Shown here in pieces: positions 8,371 through 17,226 of a stretch of 64,000 bases of DNA. Under the pieces are notes generated by a model. That model did not search any database, was not told the DNA's origin, and saw nothing but the letters and a program-made list of their open reading frames with translations. How positions within the stretch are numbered: position 1 is the first letter of the stretch; each line of letters starts with the position of its first letter. The translations under genes were made by a program, and so were the position numbers. The stretch is from Thermoproteus sp. (GTDB taxonomy: Archaea > Thermoproteota > Thermoprotei > Thermoproteales > Thermoproteaceae), in NCBI GenBank assembly GCA_049976425.1, contig JBMFIG010000006.1, positions 1-64,000 on the forward strand, in the 5' to 3' direction.

Positions 8371-9616
8371 AGGACTCCTCCAGGGAGCCTAGGGCCCACT
8401 CCACGACCTCCTGTGTGTGCGCCGACGTGGTGAAGTTGACCTCGTACTGGCTGGGGGCCAGATAGAGGCCGTGCCTCAGAGCTATCTCGTGTAGCTTGAG
8501 GTACAGCCTCTCGTCGCTTCTCCTCACGTCGTCGGGCGTCTTGACATCGCCGCGCTTGAAGTAGAGCTGGAACATCGACGATATCTGCTTAACCACCACG
8601 TCGAACCCGTATCTGCCAGCGATATCCTCGATGCCCCTCGCCATCCTCTCGGCGGCTCTATTGGCGATCTCGTACGGCCTGCCTGTCTCGAGCTCCTCTA
8701 GGACGGCGAGGCCGGCCGCTATAGATACCGGATGCGCGTTGTACGTGCCGGCGTTGTAGACCGGGCCCTGCGGCGCCAGCAAGTCCATGATCTCCTCCCC
8801 GCCGCCGAAAGCGCCGATGGGGAAACCGCCTCCTAGAACCTTCCCCAGGGTAGTCAAATCCGGCCTTACCCCGAAGTGGCCCTGGGCCCCCGACAGCCCG
8901 AGCCTGAACCCGGTTATAACCTCGTCGAAGATCAACACGGCGCCGGCCCTCTCAGTTTCCTCCCTCAAGGCCTTGAGGAACTCTATGTCGGGTATTATCA
9001 GGCCATAGTTGCCGGCCACCGGCTCGGCTATGACCGCGGCGAGCCTATCGCCCACCTCCTTGACCGCGCGCACGAGGGCCTCCACGTCGTTGTAGGGGAC
9101 GACGACGGTGAGCTTTACCACATCGGCCGGTATCCCGGCGCTGGTGGGGACGCCCCAAGTCGCCGCGCCCGACCCGGCCTTGACCAAGACGTAGTCGTGG
9201 GATCCGTGGAAGTTGCCGTCGAACTTTATTATCACGTCGCGTTTAGTGTAGCCTCTGGCCAGCCTTATGGCGTTCATGGTAGCCTCCGTTCCCGTATTGA
9301 CGAACCGGATCTTGCGTAAGGAGGTCATATGGGACCTTACCTTCTCTGCCAGCGCCACCTCCTGCTCCGTCAACAACGCGTAGATCCACCCGCTCCTCAA
9401 CTGCCGCTCGACGGCCTCCCGCACCTTTGGGTTGTTATGGCCCAATATTATGGCGCCGAAGGCCGAGCAGAAGTCCACCAGACGCCCGCGATCTGTGTAG
9501 AGGTACGGCCCGTCGGCCCCCAAGGCCACCAGCGGCTTGGCGAGGTGCTTCAAGGCCCTCGCCGGCGAGTTGACGCCGCCCGGGAACACCGCCTTGGCCC
9601 TCTCCCAGATATCCAT
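8345..9616 (-). CDS. hemL: glutamate-1-semialdehyde 2,1-aminomutase
   Basis: PGGVNSPAR, GTEATM, FDEVITGFR, GKVLGGG; start ATG 9616. Confidence 0.96.
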   Translation of the reverse strand: MDIWERAKAVFPGGVNSPARALKHLAKPLVALGADGPYLYTDRGRLVDFCSAFGAIILGHNNPKVREAVERQLRSGWIYALLTEQEVALAEKVRSHMTSLRKIRFVNTGTEATMNAIRLARGYTKRDVIIKFDGNFHGSHDYVLVKAGSGAATWGVPTSAGIPADVVKLTVVVPYNDVEALVRAVKEVGDRLAAVIAEPVAGNYGLIIPDIEFLKALREETERAGAVLIFDEVITGFRLGLSGAQGHFGVRPDLTTLGKVLGGGFPIGAFGGGEEIMDLLAPQGPVYNAGTYNAHPVSIAAGLAVLEELETGRPYEIANRAAERMARGIEDIAGRYGFDVVVKQISSMFQLYFKRGDVKTPDDVRRSDERLYLKLHEIALRHGLYLAPSQYEVNFTTSAHTQEVVEWALGSLEESFKELKSAL

Positions 9617-9644
9617 GGTTAAAAACTGGCACCGGTTAAATTTA
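9617..9644. promoter_or_regulatory. 28-bp bidirectional promoter hemL/cobA
   Basis: GTTAAAAA (+) and TAAATTTAA (-), each about 20-28 nt from the opposite start codon. Confidence 0.55.
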
Positions 9645-10376
9645 GTGGGCAAGGTCTTCATCGTAGGCGCAGGTCCGGGCGATCCGGAGCTGATCACCGT
9701 GAAGGGCTTGAGGCTGATAGAGAAGGCAGACGCTATATTGTACGACCGCTTGGTGCCCAAGGCGCTTCTGTCCCGCGCGAAGCCCCAGGCGGTGTTGATC
9801 TACGTGGGGAAGAAGCCCGGAGGGGAGGGCCCTTCGCAGTCGGAGATAAACGAGATGTTGTACGAGCTGGCGCTCCGCCACGACGTGGTGGTCAGACTGC
9901 ACGGCGGCGATCCCCTGGTGTTCGGCAGAGGCTTCGAGGAGTGCGAGTACCTAGCGTCTCGGGGGATAAGTTGCGAGTTCGTGCCCGGCGTGACCAGCGG
10001 CCTCGCGGCGCCTGCGAAGTACTACATACCGCCGGTGGCGAGAGGCACCGCTAGCTCCGTCGCTTTGGTCACCGGGAGGGAGGATCCCTCAAAGGGGAAG
10101 AGACAAGTCGATTTCAAGAAACTGGCTACGGCGGTAGATACAATAGTTATCTACATGGGAGCATCATCGGCGAGTGAGATAGCTATGGAATTGATGGAGG
10201 GCGGCCTGCCGCCGGATACCCCAGTCGCCGTTGTGGAGTCCGCGTTCTTCGACGAGGAGAGGTTCTACACGACCACGCTAGGCGGACTCAACGCCGTCCG
10301 CAACCCGGCCGTGATAGTGGTCGGGAAGACCGTCGAGAGGGGGTTACGGCTGAGGGAGGCGTTATGTCGGTCGTAA
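9645..10376 (+). CDS. cobA: uroporphyrinogen-III C-methyltransferase
   Basis: VGAGPGDPELIT, YDRLV, RLHGGDP, VPGVTS, IYMG; start GTG 9645. Confidence 0.94.
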   Translation: MGKVFIVGAGPGDPELITVKGLRLIEKADAILYDRLVPKALLSRAKPQAVLIYVGKKPGGEGPSQSEINEMLYELALRHDVVVRLHGGDPLVFGRGFEECEYLASRGISCEFVPGVTSGLAAPAKYYIPPVARGTASSVALVTGREDPSKGKRQVDFKKLATAVDTIVIYMGASSASEIAMELMEGGLPPDTPVAVVESAFFDEERFYTTTLGGLNAVRNPAVIVVGKTVERGLRLREALCRS

Positions 10377-10990
10377 TAGTCAGGCTCAAGGAGGGCCCTT
10401 GCCCCAAGGGCGCCGAGTGTATATCTGTAGGGTCCATATCGCCGCGCGCGGGCGTGTCGATACCGGATGGAGACTACCTAGTCGTGATGAGTCCGGCGGT
10501 GGCGCGAGCAGTCGACATAAAGGCCGTCAGGGAGAGGTTCAAGTGCGTCATATGCGTCGGGCCTACGACCGCGTCGGCGGTTGGAGGCTGTCTCGTGCCG
10601 CGGGAGTACAGTAGCTACGGCGTCGCGCGCTTGATCAAGGAGATGGCGCCGGGAAGAGTCGTGGTCTTGAGATCCAGCGCGGGCAACGACGTATTGAGGA
10701 GGCTTCTGCCGGACGCGGTCGAGGTGCCCGTGTACGACATATCTATAGATGAGGATAAGCTGAGGGAGGCCGCGGAGACTGTCGCGAGATTTAGCGTCGT
10801 CGTGTTGACCAGCGCCACCGTGGCCGACAAGATAGCGTCGCTCGTCGATCTTAAGGGCAAGAAAGTAGTAGCTATAGGGCCTGTGACGTCGGCGCGTCTG
10901 ACGTCCCTAGGCATACCCCACGTAGTTGCGGCCGAGTCGACGATAGAGGGCGCATTTAAGACTGCCCTATCGCTTCTAGGACAGAGCTAA
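10364..10990 (+). CDS. hemD: uroporphyrinogen-III synthase
   Basis: VGPTTA, VPVY, TSA, AIGPVT; located in the heme cluster. Confidence 0.85.
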   Translation: MSVVIVRLKEGPCPKGAECISVGSISPRAGVSIPDGDYLVVMSPAVARAVDIKAVRERFKCVICVGPTTASAVGGCLVPREYSSYGVARLIKEMAPGRVVVLRSSAGNDVLRRLLPDAVEVPVYDISIDEDKLREAAETVARFSVVVLTSATVADKIASLVDLKGKKVVAIGPVTSARLTSLGIPHVVAAESTIEGAFKTALSLLGQS

Positions 10991-11012
10991 AAACGCAGGC
11001 CCAGCCCCTCCT

Positions 11013-11651
11013 ATGAGGATCCCGTTGTGGATTGAGGCCTCTAGACTGAAGGTAGTCGTCTTCGGCGGCGGCTCTGTGGGAACTAGAAGAGCTAGGCTGT
11101 TCGCGTCGGCCGGCGCCAGGGTTAGGGTAGTGGCCAAGGAGGTGAGCCCCGATATAAGGGCCCTCGGTGTGGAGGTGAAGCTGGTGGACCTCCGCGAGTA
11201 CGAGCCCGACGAGGACATAAAATGGGCCGATATAGTGGTCGTGGCCGTGAACGACGCGGCGCTCGCCGAGAGGCTGTTCGCGTTGGCCGAGTCCATGGGC
11301 AAGCTCGTCAACGACGCCACAGATGCGGCTCGGACACATGTGGTAGTCCCCTACTTCAGAGATGTGGAGGGCATAAAGGTGGCGACGACCAGCGAGGGGG
11401 TCGCCGGGACGCCGGCGCGCCTATCGCTCGACTTAATAGATGAATGCATAAGGAGAAGCTGGATACCTACGTTCTTCAGAGCGTATGCGGCGGCCAAGGA
11501 GGAGGCTAAGAGGCGGATAAGCGACGTCAGGCGTAGGCTTGCGTTCTACCGAGAGCTGGCCGACGACGGCGAGTTCATGGACTACGTCAAGAGGGGGGAT
11601 CTGGATTCCGCCTTGAGGAGGGCGCATGAGATATTAAAAAGATACGTATGA
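11013..11651 (+). CDS. sirC: precorrin-2 dehydrogenase (SirC/Met8-like)
   Basis: FGGGSVGTRR Rossmann motif, LVNDA; context. Confidence 0.88.
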   Translation: MRIPLWIEASRLKVVVFGGGSVGTRRARLFASAGARVRVVAKEVSPDIRALGVEVKLVDLREYEPDEDIKWADIVVVAVNDAALAERLFALAESMGKLVNDATDAARTHVVVPYFRDVEGIKVATTSEGVAGTPARLSLDLIDECIRRSWIPTFFRAYAAAKEEAKRRISDVRRRLAFYRELADDGEFMDYVKRGDLDSALRRAHEILKRYV

Positions 11652-11657
11652 GGCGCC

Positions 11658-12680
11658 ATGCAGGTGCAGCTGTCTTTCCCCACCTCGAGGCCTAGAAGGC
11701 TGAGGGCTAACAAGCTCGTGAGGGATGCGGTGGCCGAGACGTCGCTATCGCCCGACGACTTTATAATGCCTATATTCGTCAAAGACGGCGCGGGCAAAGA
11801 GCCCATAGACTCCATGCCGGGCTACTTCAGATGGCCCGTCGACGGCTCGTTGGTCGAACACGTGGAGGAGGCGCTCGGCCTGGGCGTGAACAAGTTCATA
11901 CTCTTCGGGGTCCTGCCCGACGACGTCAAGGATCCCGAAGGCAAGGCGTCCTACGATCCCCAAGGCGTGGTTCCCCGGGCGATTAGGCTACTTAAGGAGA
12001 CCTTCGGCGACAAGGTTCTCTTGTTCGCCGACGTGTGCCTCTGCGAATACACCGACCACGGCCACTGCGGCGTTGTGGTCCGGGACGGGAGAGGATGGCG
12101 TATCGATAACGATAAGACGATCTCTATATATGCCAAGGAGGCGGTCGTGTACGCGGACGCCGGCGCGGACTTTGTGGCCCCTAGCGGTATGATGGACGGC
12201 CAAGTGAGGGCGATAAGGCAGGCTCTGGACGCCGCTGGGTATCAAGACGTAGGCATAATGGCCTATTCGGCCAAATACGCGTCGGCTTTCTACGGCCCAT
12301 TCCGCGTTGCGGCATCTTCGGCGCCTAAGTTCGGCGATAGGAGGACGTACCAGATGGATCCGCGCAATTCCAGAGAGGCCGTGAAAGAGGTCATGTTAGA
12401 TATCGAGGAAGGCGCCGACATAGCCATGGTCAAGCCGGCTCTGGCCTACCTAGACGTGGTGAGGCTGGTCAAGGACTGGTTCCCTTGGGTGCCCCTGGCG
12501 GCTTACAGCGTATCCGGCGAATACTCCATGATAAAAGCCGCGGCCAAGATGGGGTATCTTGACGAACGGCTGGTAGCTCTGGAGGTTCTGTTTGCTATAA
12601 AGAGGGCCGGCGCCGATCTGATACTGACATATTACGCGTTGGACGCCGCTAGGTGGCTGAGGGAGGGCACGCCGTTTTGA
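11658..12680 (+). CDS. hemB: porphobilinogen synthase
   Basis: DVCLCEYTDHGHCG, APSGMMDG, YSAKYASAFYGPFR, MVKP. Confidence 0.97.
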   Translation: MQVQLSFPTSRPRRLRANKLVRDAVAETSLSPDDFIMPIFVKDGAGKEPIDSMPGYFRWPVDGSLVEHVEEALGLGVNKFILFGVLPDDVKDPEGKASYDPQGVVPRAIRLLKETFGDKVLLFADVCLCEYTDHGHCGVVVRDGRGWRIDNDKTISIYAKEAVVYADAGADFVAPSGMMDGQVRAIRQALDAAGYQDVGIMAYSAKYASAFYGPFRVAASSAPKFGDRRTYQMDPRNSREAVKEVMLDIEEGADIAMVKPALAYLDVVRLVKDWFPWVPLAAYSVSGEYSMIKAAAKMGYLDERLVALEVLFAIKRAGADLILTYYALDAARWLREGTPF

Positions 12681-12716
12681 GCCAGCAATTGCACTAAGCC
12701 CCAAACGCCTTTCCCC

Positions 12717-12770
12717 TATCAGCAAGGGATGAATCGGCAAGCTCGAGCCCAATTGGAGTCCTCATCACGC
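12717..12770 (-). ncRNA. box C/D sRNA candidate, both guides plausibly anti-16S rRNA
   Basis: Minus strand: GTGATGA (C) GGACTCCAATTGGG ... TTGCCGA (C'-like) TTCATCCCTTG CTGA (D); TTTAAAAA about 20-25 nt upstream. Confidence 0.78.
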
Positions 12771-12874
12771 GTCAGTGGCGCGCAGAATTTTTAAACGCTA
12801 TTGCCCGCGCGCGTGACCGCCGGAGGAGTGTCGCAAGGAGGAGAATTTTTAAAGATGCGGCTTTCGGGGGAAGC

Positions 12875-13525
12875 GTGTCTCAGCAAGGCAAACGACTTGC
12901 GGTCTACAAGAAGATTCTCCAGGACAACGTGAAGAGATGGATGATAAAGGAGTTTCTTGAGTACAAGCTTGCCAGGCTCGGCTACGTCGATTCCGAGATC
13001 CTGAAGACGCCTCTAGGGACTAGGATCGTCATATATGCCGAGAGGCCCAGCAGGATAATAGGGAAGAAGGGCGCTGTGGTTAAGGAGCTGAGCCAGATCC
13101 TCGGATCTAAGCTGGGCGTGGAGAACCCCCAGATAGACGTTATAGACATCTCCAAGGTGGATGTGCCCGAGATGTTCCCCAAGGTCGTGGCCTATAGGAT
13201 AGCCAACGCGATGGCCAAAGGCATTAGGTTCCGTAGAGTGGCCTTTATAGCGATCAGACAGGTCACGGAGGCTGGCGCTAGGGGGTTTGAGTTGGTCATA
13301 AGCGGTAAGCTGTCCACCGAGAGGGCCAAGTTCGAGAAATACAAGATCGGCAAGGTCTACAAGACAGGCGCCGACTCTACGAAGACTATGAGAAGCGCCG
13401 TTGTGCACGTGTTGCTTAAGCCGGGTATATATGGTATAAAGGCCACCATAGCGCCGGCCAACGCCAGATTTGCGGACGACTTCAAGCTGAAGCCCCCGGT
13501 CAGACAAGAGGCTCAAGCCCAATAA
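12875..13525 (+). CDS. rps3: 30S ribosomal protein uS3
   Basis: TPLGTRIVIYAERP, IIGKKG (KH), ISGKL, KPGIYGIK. Confidence 0.96.
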   Translation: MSQQGKRLAVYKKILQDNVKRWMIKEFLEYKLARLGYVDSEILKTPLGTRIVIYAERPSRIIGKKGAVVKELSQILGSKLGVENPQIDVIDISKVDVPEMFPKVVAYRIANAMAKGIRFRRVAFIAIRQVTEAGARGFELVISGKLSTERAKFEKYKIGKVYKTGADSTKTMRSAVVHVLLKPGIYGIKATIAPANARFADDFKLKPPVRQEAQAQ

Positions 13526-13554
13526 CGTTTTAAAATAGGCCATATAGTGTCGGC

Positions 13555-13764
13555 ATGTCCTCGCCCCCTAAGAAGTTGAACGCCAAGACCTTGAGGCAGA
13601 TGAGTAGGGAGGATAGACTGAAGTTGCTCGACCAGCTTAGGGCAGAGTACGTCAAACTGCAGACGCAACGCGCCAGAGGCATCGTGGAGAACTCGGGGAG
13701 GATAAGATTCATTAGGAGAGCCATCGCGCGCATTTTGACCATAGAGCGCGAGGAGGCTGAGTGA
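13555..13764 (+). CDS. rpl29: 50S ribosomal protein uL29
   Basis: LRQMS, ENSGRIRFIRRAIARILT. Confidence 0.94.
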   Translation: MSSPPKKLNAKTLRQMSREDRLKLLDQLRAEYVKLQTQRARGIVENSGRIRFIRRAIARILTIEREEAE

Positions 13765-14024
13765 GCTGTTGGGACCTCCTCGGCCGGAGGGTCAAGGCCA
13801 TCAACTGTAGCCACGAGACCGAGGGTTTAGTGGTGGGCGAGAGCAGAGAGGCGCTCTATATCCTCAGAGGCGCCAGAGTGGCGTTAGTGCCTAAGAGGCT
13901 CTGCGACTTTATAGATCTCGATAGGGCCGTGTTGATAAAGGGCATTTACTTAGTGGGTTATAGAGACGTCCGGTTGCTGAGCGACAAGTGCCTATCTCCT
14001 AGCGAGAAGAGCAAGCGCAGATAG
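13761..14024 (+). CDS. rnp1: RNase P protein Rpp29/POP4 (short form)
   Basis: LLGRRV, EGLVVGES, VPK; canonical position after rpl29. Confidence 0.7.
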   Translation: MSCWDLLGRRVKAINCSHETEGLVVGESREALYILRGARVALVPKRLCDFIDLDRAVLIKGIYLVGYRDVRLLSDKCLSPSEKSKRR

Positions 14025-14663
14025 CTCAGCCTCGAAGTCGCCCGGCGCCGAGATTACCACCGCCTTGACGTACGGCTCTAATGCCTCTATATATCTTCTT
14101 AAGTAATCTAGTCCCATCGCTGGTTGCTTGAGGCGCTCAACTAAATCTGCGTTCCGCTCTGTCCTCAAAATGACGTAAGGGTACACGTTGAAGGACGTCA
14201 GGCCTTCTAGGGATTTCGGGTCGACGAGGTTCAGGGCTAGATAGAAATCGGCCCCTATCTTCAACCTCTCTACGTAATTCCTCCGCATGCTCAATAGAAC
14301 GCCTACCTTAAACCCGTATTCCCTGGCTATGGGCACGGCCTCCTCGGTGGTTAAATGGTCGACCGGCCGTCCCACCGAGGGCAAATCCCCCGAAAGCGGG
14401 ACCAAGTACTCCAGTCCCAACAACTTGGCGGCTCCCAGCAGAGATCTATACGCGAGCTCGTTCAAGTCCCTCAGGCGTATGTGGGCTATCGGCGTCAGCC
14501 CGACCTCTTTAGCCACGTACGCGACAGCTATCGCGTGGGCGCTCGGCCTCCCGCCGGGGGAGTCCGGTATATCTACCGTATCTGTGTAGTCCGATATGGC
14601 CCTAGCCCGGCTAACCACCACGCGCCTAGACGCGGAGGGAGGTAGCTCGGCTATTATCCTCAT
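13992..14663 (-). CDS. methylenetetrahydrofolate reductase-like TIM-barrel protein
   Basis: IIAELPP, DIPDSPGG, PIAHIRLRDLN, LSGD, GADF; ATG overlaps the atpI stop. Confidence 0.72.
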   Translation of the reverse strand: MRIIAELPPSASRRVVVSRARAISDYTDTVDIPDSPGGRPSAHAIAVAYVAKEVGLTPIAHIRLRDLNELAYRSLLGAAKLLGLEYLVPLSGDLPSVGRPVDHLTTEEAVPIAREYGFKVGVLLSMRRNYVERLKIGADFYLALNLVDPKSLEGLTSFNVYPYVILRTERNADLVERLKQPAMGLDYLRRYIEALEPYVKAVVISAPGDFEAELSALALLARR

Positions 14664-16999
14664 CAAGGCAAGACCAACGGCGTGAAGAGGCGTCCTCTCC
14701 CCTCGTAGAATTTGCTTAAGGTCTCGTAGAAGGTCAGACGGAGCGATTGGACCAGCGACATGAAGCCCTCGCCTACCGCTATGAGTATGTTGAACAGAAC
14801 CGCTATAACGACGGCGCCGGCTACATTGCCCGACTCCGCTAAGGCTAGAGCCCACCCCATAGACAGCTTCGTGAATATGCCGTGCATCAGTATCAGGATC
14901 ATCAGACGGGCGAAGCTCGGCACGTTGGCGAGGCCGCCGAATACTCCTTCGACGAGCCCAACAGCCATCTCTAGCCCTATAGGCGGCTTCTCTTCGTGTC
15001 CTCTGTACTTGGCTGTGAGAGCCGCGGCGCCTGCGACGAGCAACACTATGGCGGCAATCAAGATATAGATCCAGGGGAGGTTTAGGGCGTCGGCCATCAG
15101 CGGGGGCATAGGCAAAATCGGCTTGAGGAGGGCCAGCACTATCATGCCTGCGGATACGTAGATCAACAATATTGGGATGCCTATGCCTAGGGCCATGTCC
15201 TTCTCGCCCTCCAAGACGAAGTTGGCTATCTTGAGCGAGAAGGACCCTGCCATTATTATATAGCCGAAGAGCAAGGCGGCTAGAAGATCGGCGAATATGC
15301 CTTCCGTCTCCACGGCGGTTCCCATCTGCGGACCTACAACAGGCTGGAACATATGGATCAATCCGTCCCAGCCTACCCCGAAGTACGACAGAGGGAAGCC
15401 GAAGAATTCCCCGTAGACCACTCCGCCGAAGAACATGGAGAACACGCCGGTCACCATCCAGATAACGCCCCAATCCTTGTACTTCCCGCCGAAAAGGCTC
15501 TTGTAGAGCCACAGACCGAAAAGGAACAGCAATAGGCCGTGGCCCAAGTCGCCGAACATCCAGCCGAAGAATATGGGGAACAACACGGCGACCAGCGCCG
15601 ACGGGCTTATCTCGGAGGCGCTCGGCACCCCGTACATGTAGGCTATCTTGTTGACTATCTGCCTAACAGGTGTCGGAAATCTCTCCAGAGTAGGCCTCCT
15701 CCTCGCCGGCACGTTCTGGAAGTATTTATACCGTATGTTTCTCACTATATCGAGTTTGACCGACAACGCCTTGACGAGCTCGGTGAGAGCGGCGTCTACG
15801 GCGCCCACATCCCCCTCCTTGACGTAGAAGATCACGGTGCCGATATCTTTATGGGCTTGCCAATCCCCATCGCCATACACCGAGTACTCCCTGTAGATCT
15901 CCTCTAGGCTCTTCAATTCGCTCTCCCTATTCCTCAAAGATCTCTCTATTGAGTTCAGGGTTTCCTCCACAACCTTTAAAGAGGAAGTTATATCGTCTAG
16001 ATATTGCCTAGGGATCTTTATCCCCCTCAGCCCATCTCTTGCCAGATATACCTCTCTATTGCCTACCGCTATCTTGGCGGCGGCGCCACCCTCCTCAACC
16101 TCGGCGTAGAGGGCCAGTCCATCGGGCAATTTTATTCTGTCGGTGCCGGAGGTCTTGAGCTCTGCCAAGACCTCCTTTATAGTCGACAGCGTATGGAACT
16201 CCGACTTTAGCCGTTCGATCTCTGTTGACAGCGACGTGAACAGATGCCCTGTCTCTTCGCCTTCAGATATAGCCGATTTATTAAATGTATCAATAACAAT
16301 TGATAATGTATATCTTAATGTATAAATAAAATCTATAGAATTTCTATAATTATATATTTTATCTCTTATCTGATTATATAGGTTATCTATCTTACTCCTC
16401 AAGTGGTCGGGATCGTCGAGGTTTGCCAGATCTTCCGGCCGCAATGGCTCGAGGCCCAGCTTCGAGAGGGTAGATACAAGGAGTTTGCTCTTTTCCTTGG
16501 CTATCGATAGAATAGCTACATCTCCTATCGAGATAAATGCCGCGCCTAGATCTCTGGATAGGTTGATTAATTCTTGGGTATATTTCCCGGGTATTACTAT
16601 AAAATTATCGAGGGCATCTGTCTTGGGAAACCGATAGTTCCTCAGCTGGCTTAGGGCGGTGGATAGTTGGAGCTTTTGCCTCAATACCTGCAGTTCCTGC
16701 GCATACTTCTTGGTCTCTTCAAATAAGGGAACAACCTCATTTAATGCCCTATCTAATAGACGGGCAAGAGGCTCTCTTGGTAAAGTAACTATATTTGGTT
16801 GGTAATATTGAGAGAATATAGACAGAATCTCATCGAGCTTTCTAATGCCTTGTTGTATTTCAGGATCTCTTGGCCTGGCCAGCCTCTGAGGCCTCTCTTC
16901 GAACATCGCGATACCCGTTTTGCCTAGGTAGAATATTAGGTCGGGCAACGCGTCGACCGGCGCCGCTATCCTAAACTCGACCACGCGCTCAAGAGGCAC
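14663..16999 (-). CDS. atpI: A/V-type ATP synthase subunit I
   Basis: YGVPSASEISP, FFGWMFGDLGHG, SFARLMIL..H, LRLTFYE..SKFYEG.G. Confidence 0.93.
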   Translation of the reverse strand: MPLERVVEFRIAAPVDALPDLIFYLGKTGIAMFEERPQRLARPRDPEIQQGIRKLDEILSIFSQYYQPNIVTLPREPLARLLDRALNEVVPLFEETKKYAQELQVLRQKLQLSTALSQLRNYRFPKTDALDNFIVIPGKYTQELINLSRDLGAAFISIGDVAILSIAKEKSKLLVSTLSKLGLEPLRPEDLANLDDPDHLRSKIDNLYNQIRDKIYNYRNSIDFIYTLRYTLSIVIDTFNKSAISEGEETGHLFTSLSTEIERLKSEFHTLSTIKEVLAELKTSGTDRIKLPDGLALYAEVEEGGAAAKIAVGNREVYLARDGLRGIKIPRQYLDDITSSLKVVEETLNSIERSLRNRESELKSLEEIYREYSVYGDGDWQAHKDIGTVIFYVKEGDVGAVDAALTELVKALSVKLDIVRNIRYKYFQNVPARRRPTLERFPTPVRQIVNKIAYMYGVPSASEISPSALVAVLFPIFFGWMFGDLGHGLLLFLFGLWLYKSLFGGKYKDWGVIWMVTGVFSMFFGGVVYGEFFGFPLSYFGVGWDGLIHMFQPVVGPQMGTAVETEGIFADLLAALLFGYIIMAGSFSLKIANFVLEGEKDMALGIGIPILLIYVSAGMIVLALLKPILPMPPLMADALNLPWIYILIAAIVLLVAGAAALTAKYRGHEEKPPIGLEMAVGLVEGVFGGLANVPSFARLMILILMHGIFTKLSMGWALALAESGNVAGAVVIAVLFNILIAVGEGFMSLVQSLRLTFYETLSKFYEGRGRLFTPLVLP

Positions 17000-17226
17000 A
17001 ACGGAGGGAAACCCCCGTTTTTTAACTATATGTTCTCGCTTTCTTTTTTAAAATATAGTAATAATAAACTTTTTAATTAAAAATTAAATAATTTTAAATA
17101 AGATAAATAATAATATATTCAATAACATTAATATTGGTATAAATATAGAGACGGAAATAAGCTCCAAGGTAGGCGGCAACTATCATTAATGATAATATTT
17201 TTAGGGTCCACGGAATCTACAATGCT

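Noticed and set aside
14664-15512. N-terminal extension of the 506-aa ORF 13992..15512
   Set aside because: Alternative frame overlapping atpI; MTHFR-like similarity begins at ATG 14663.
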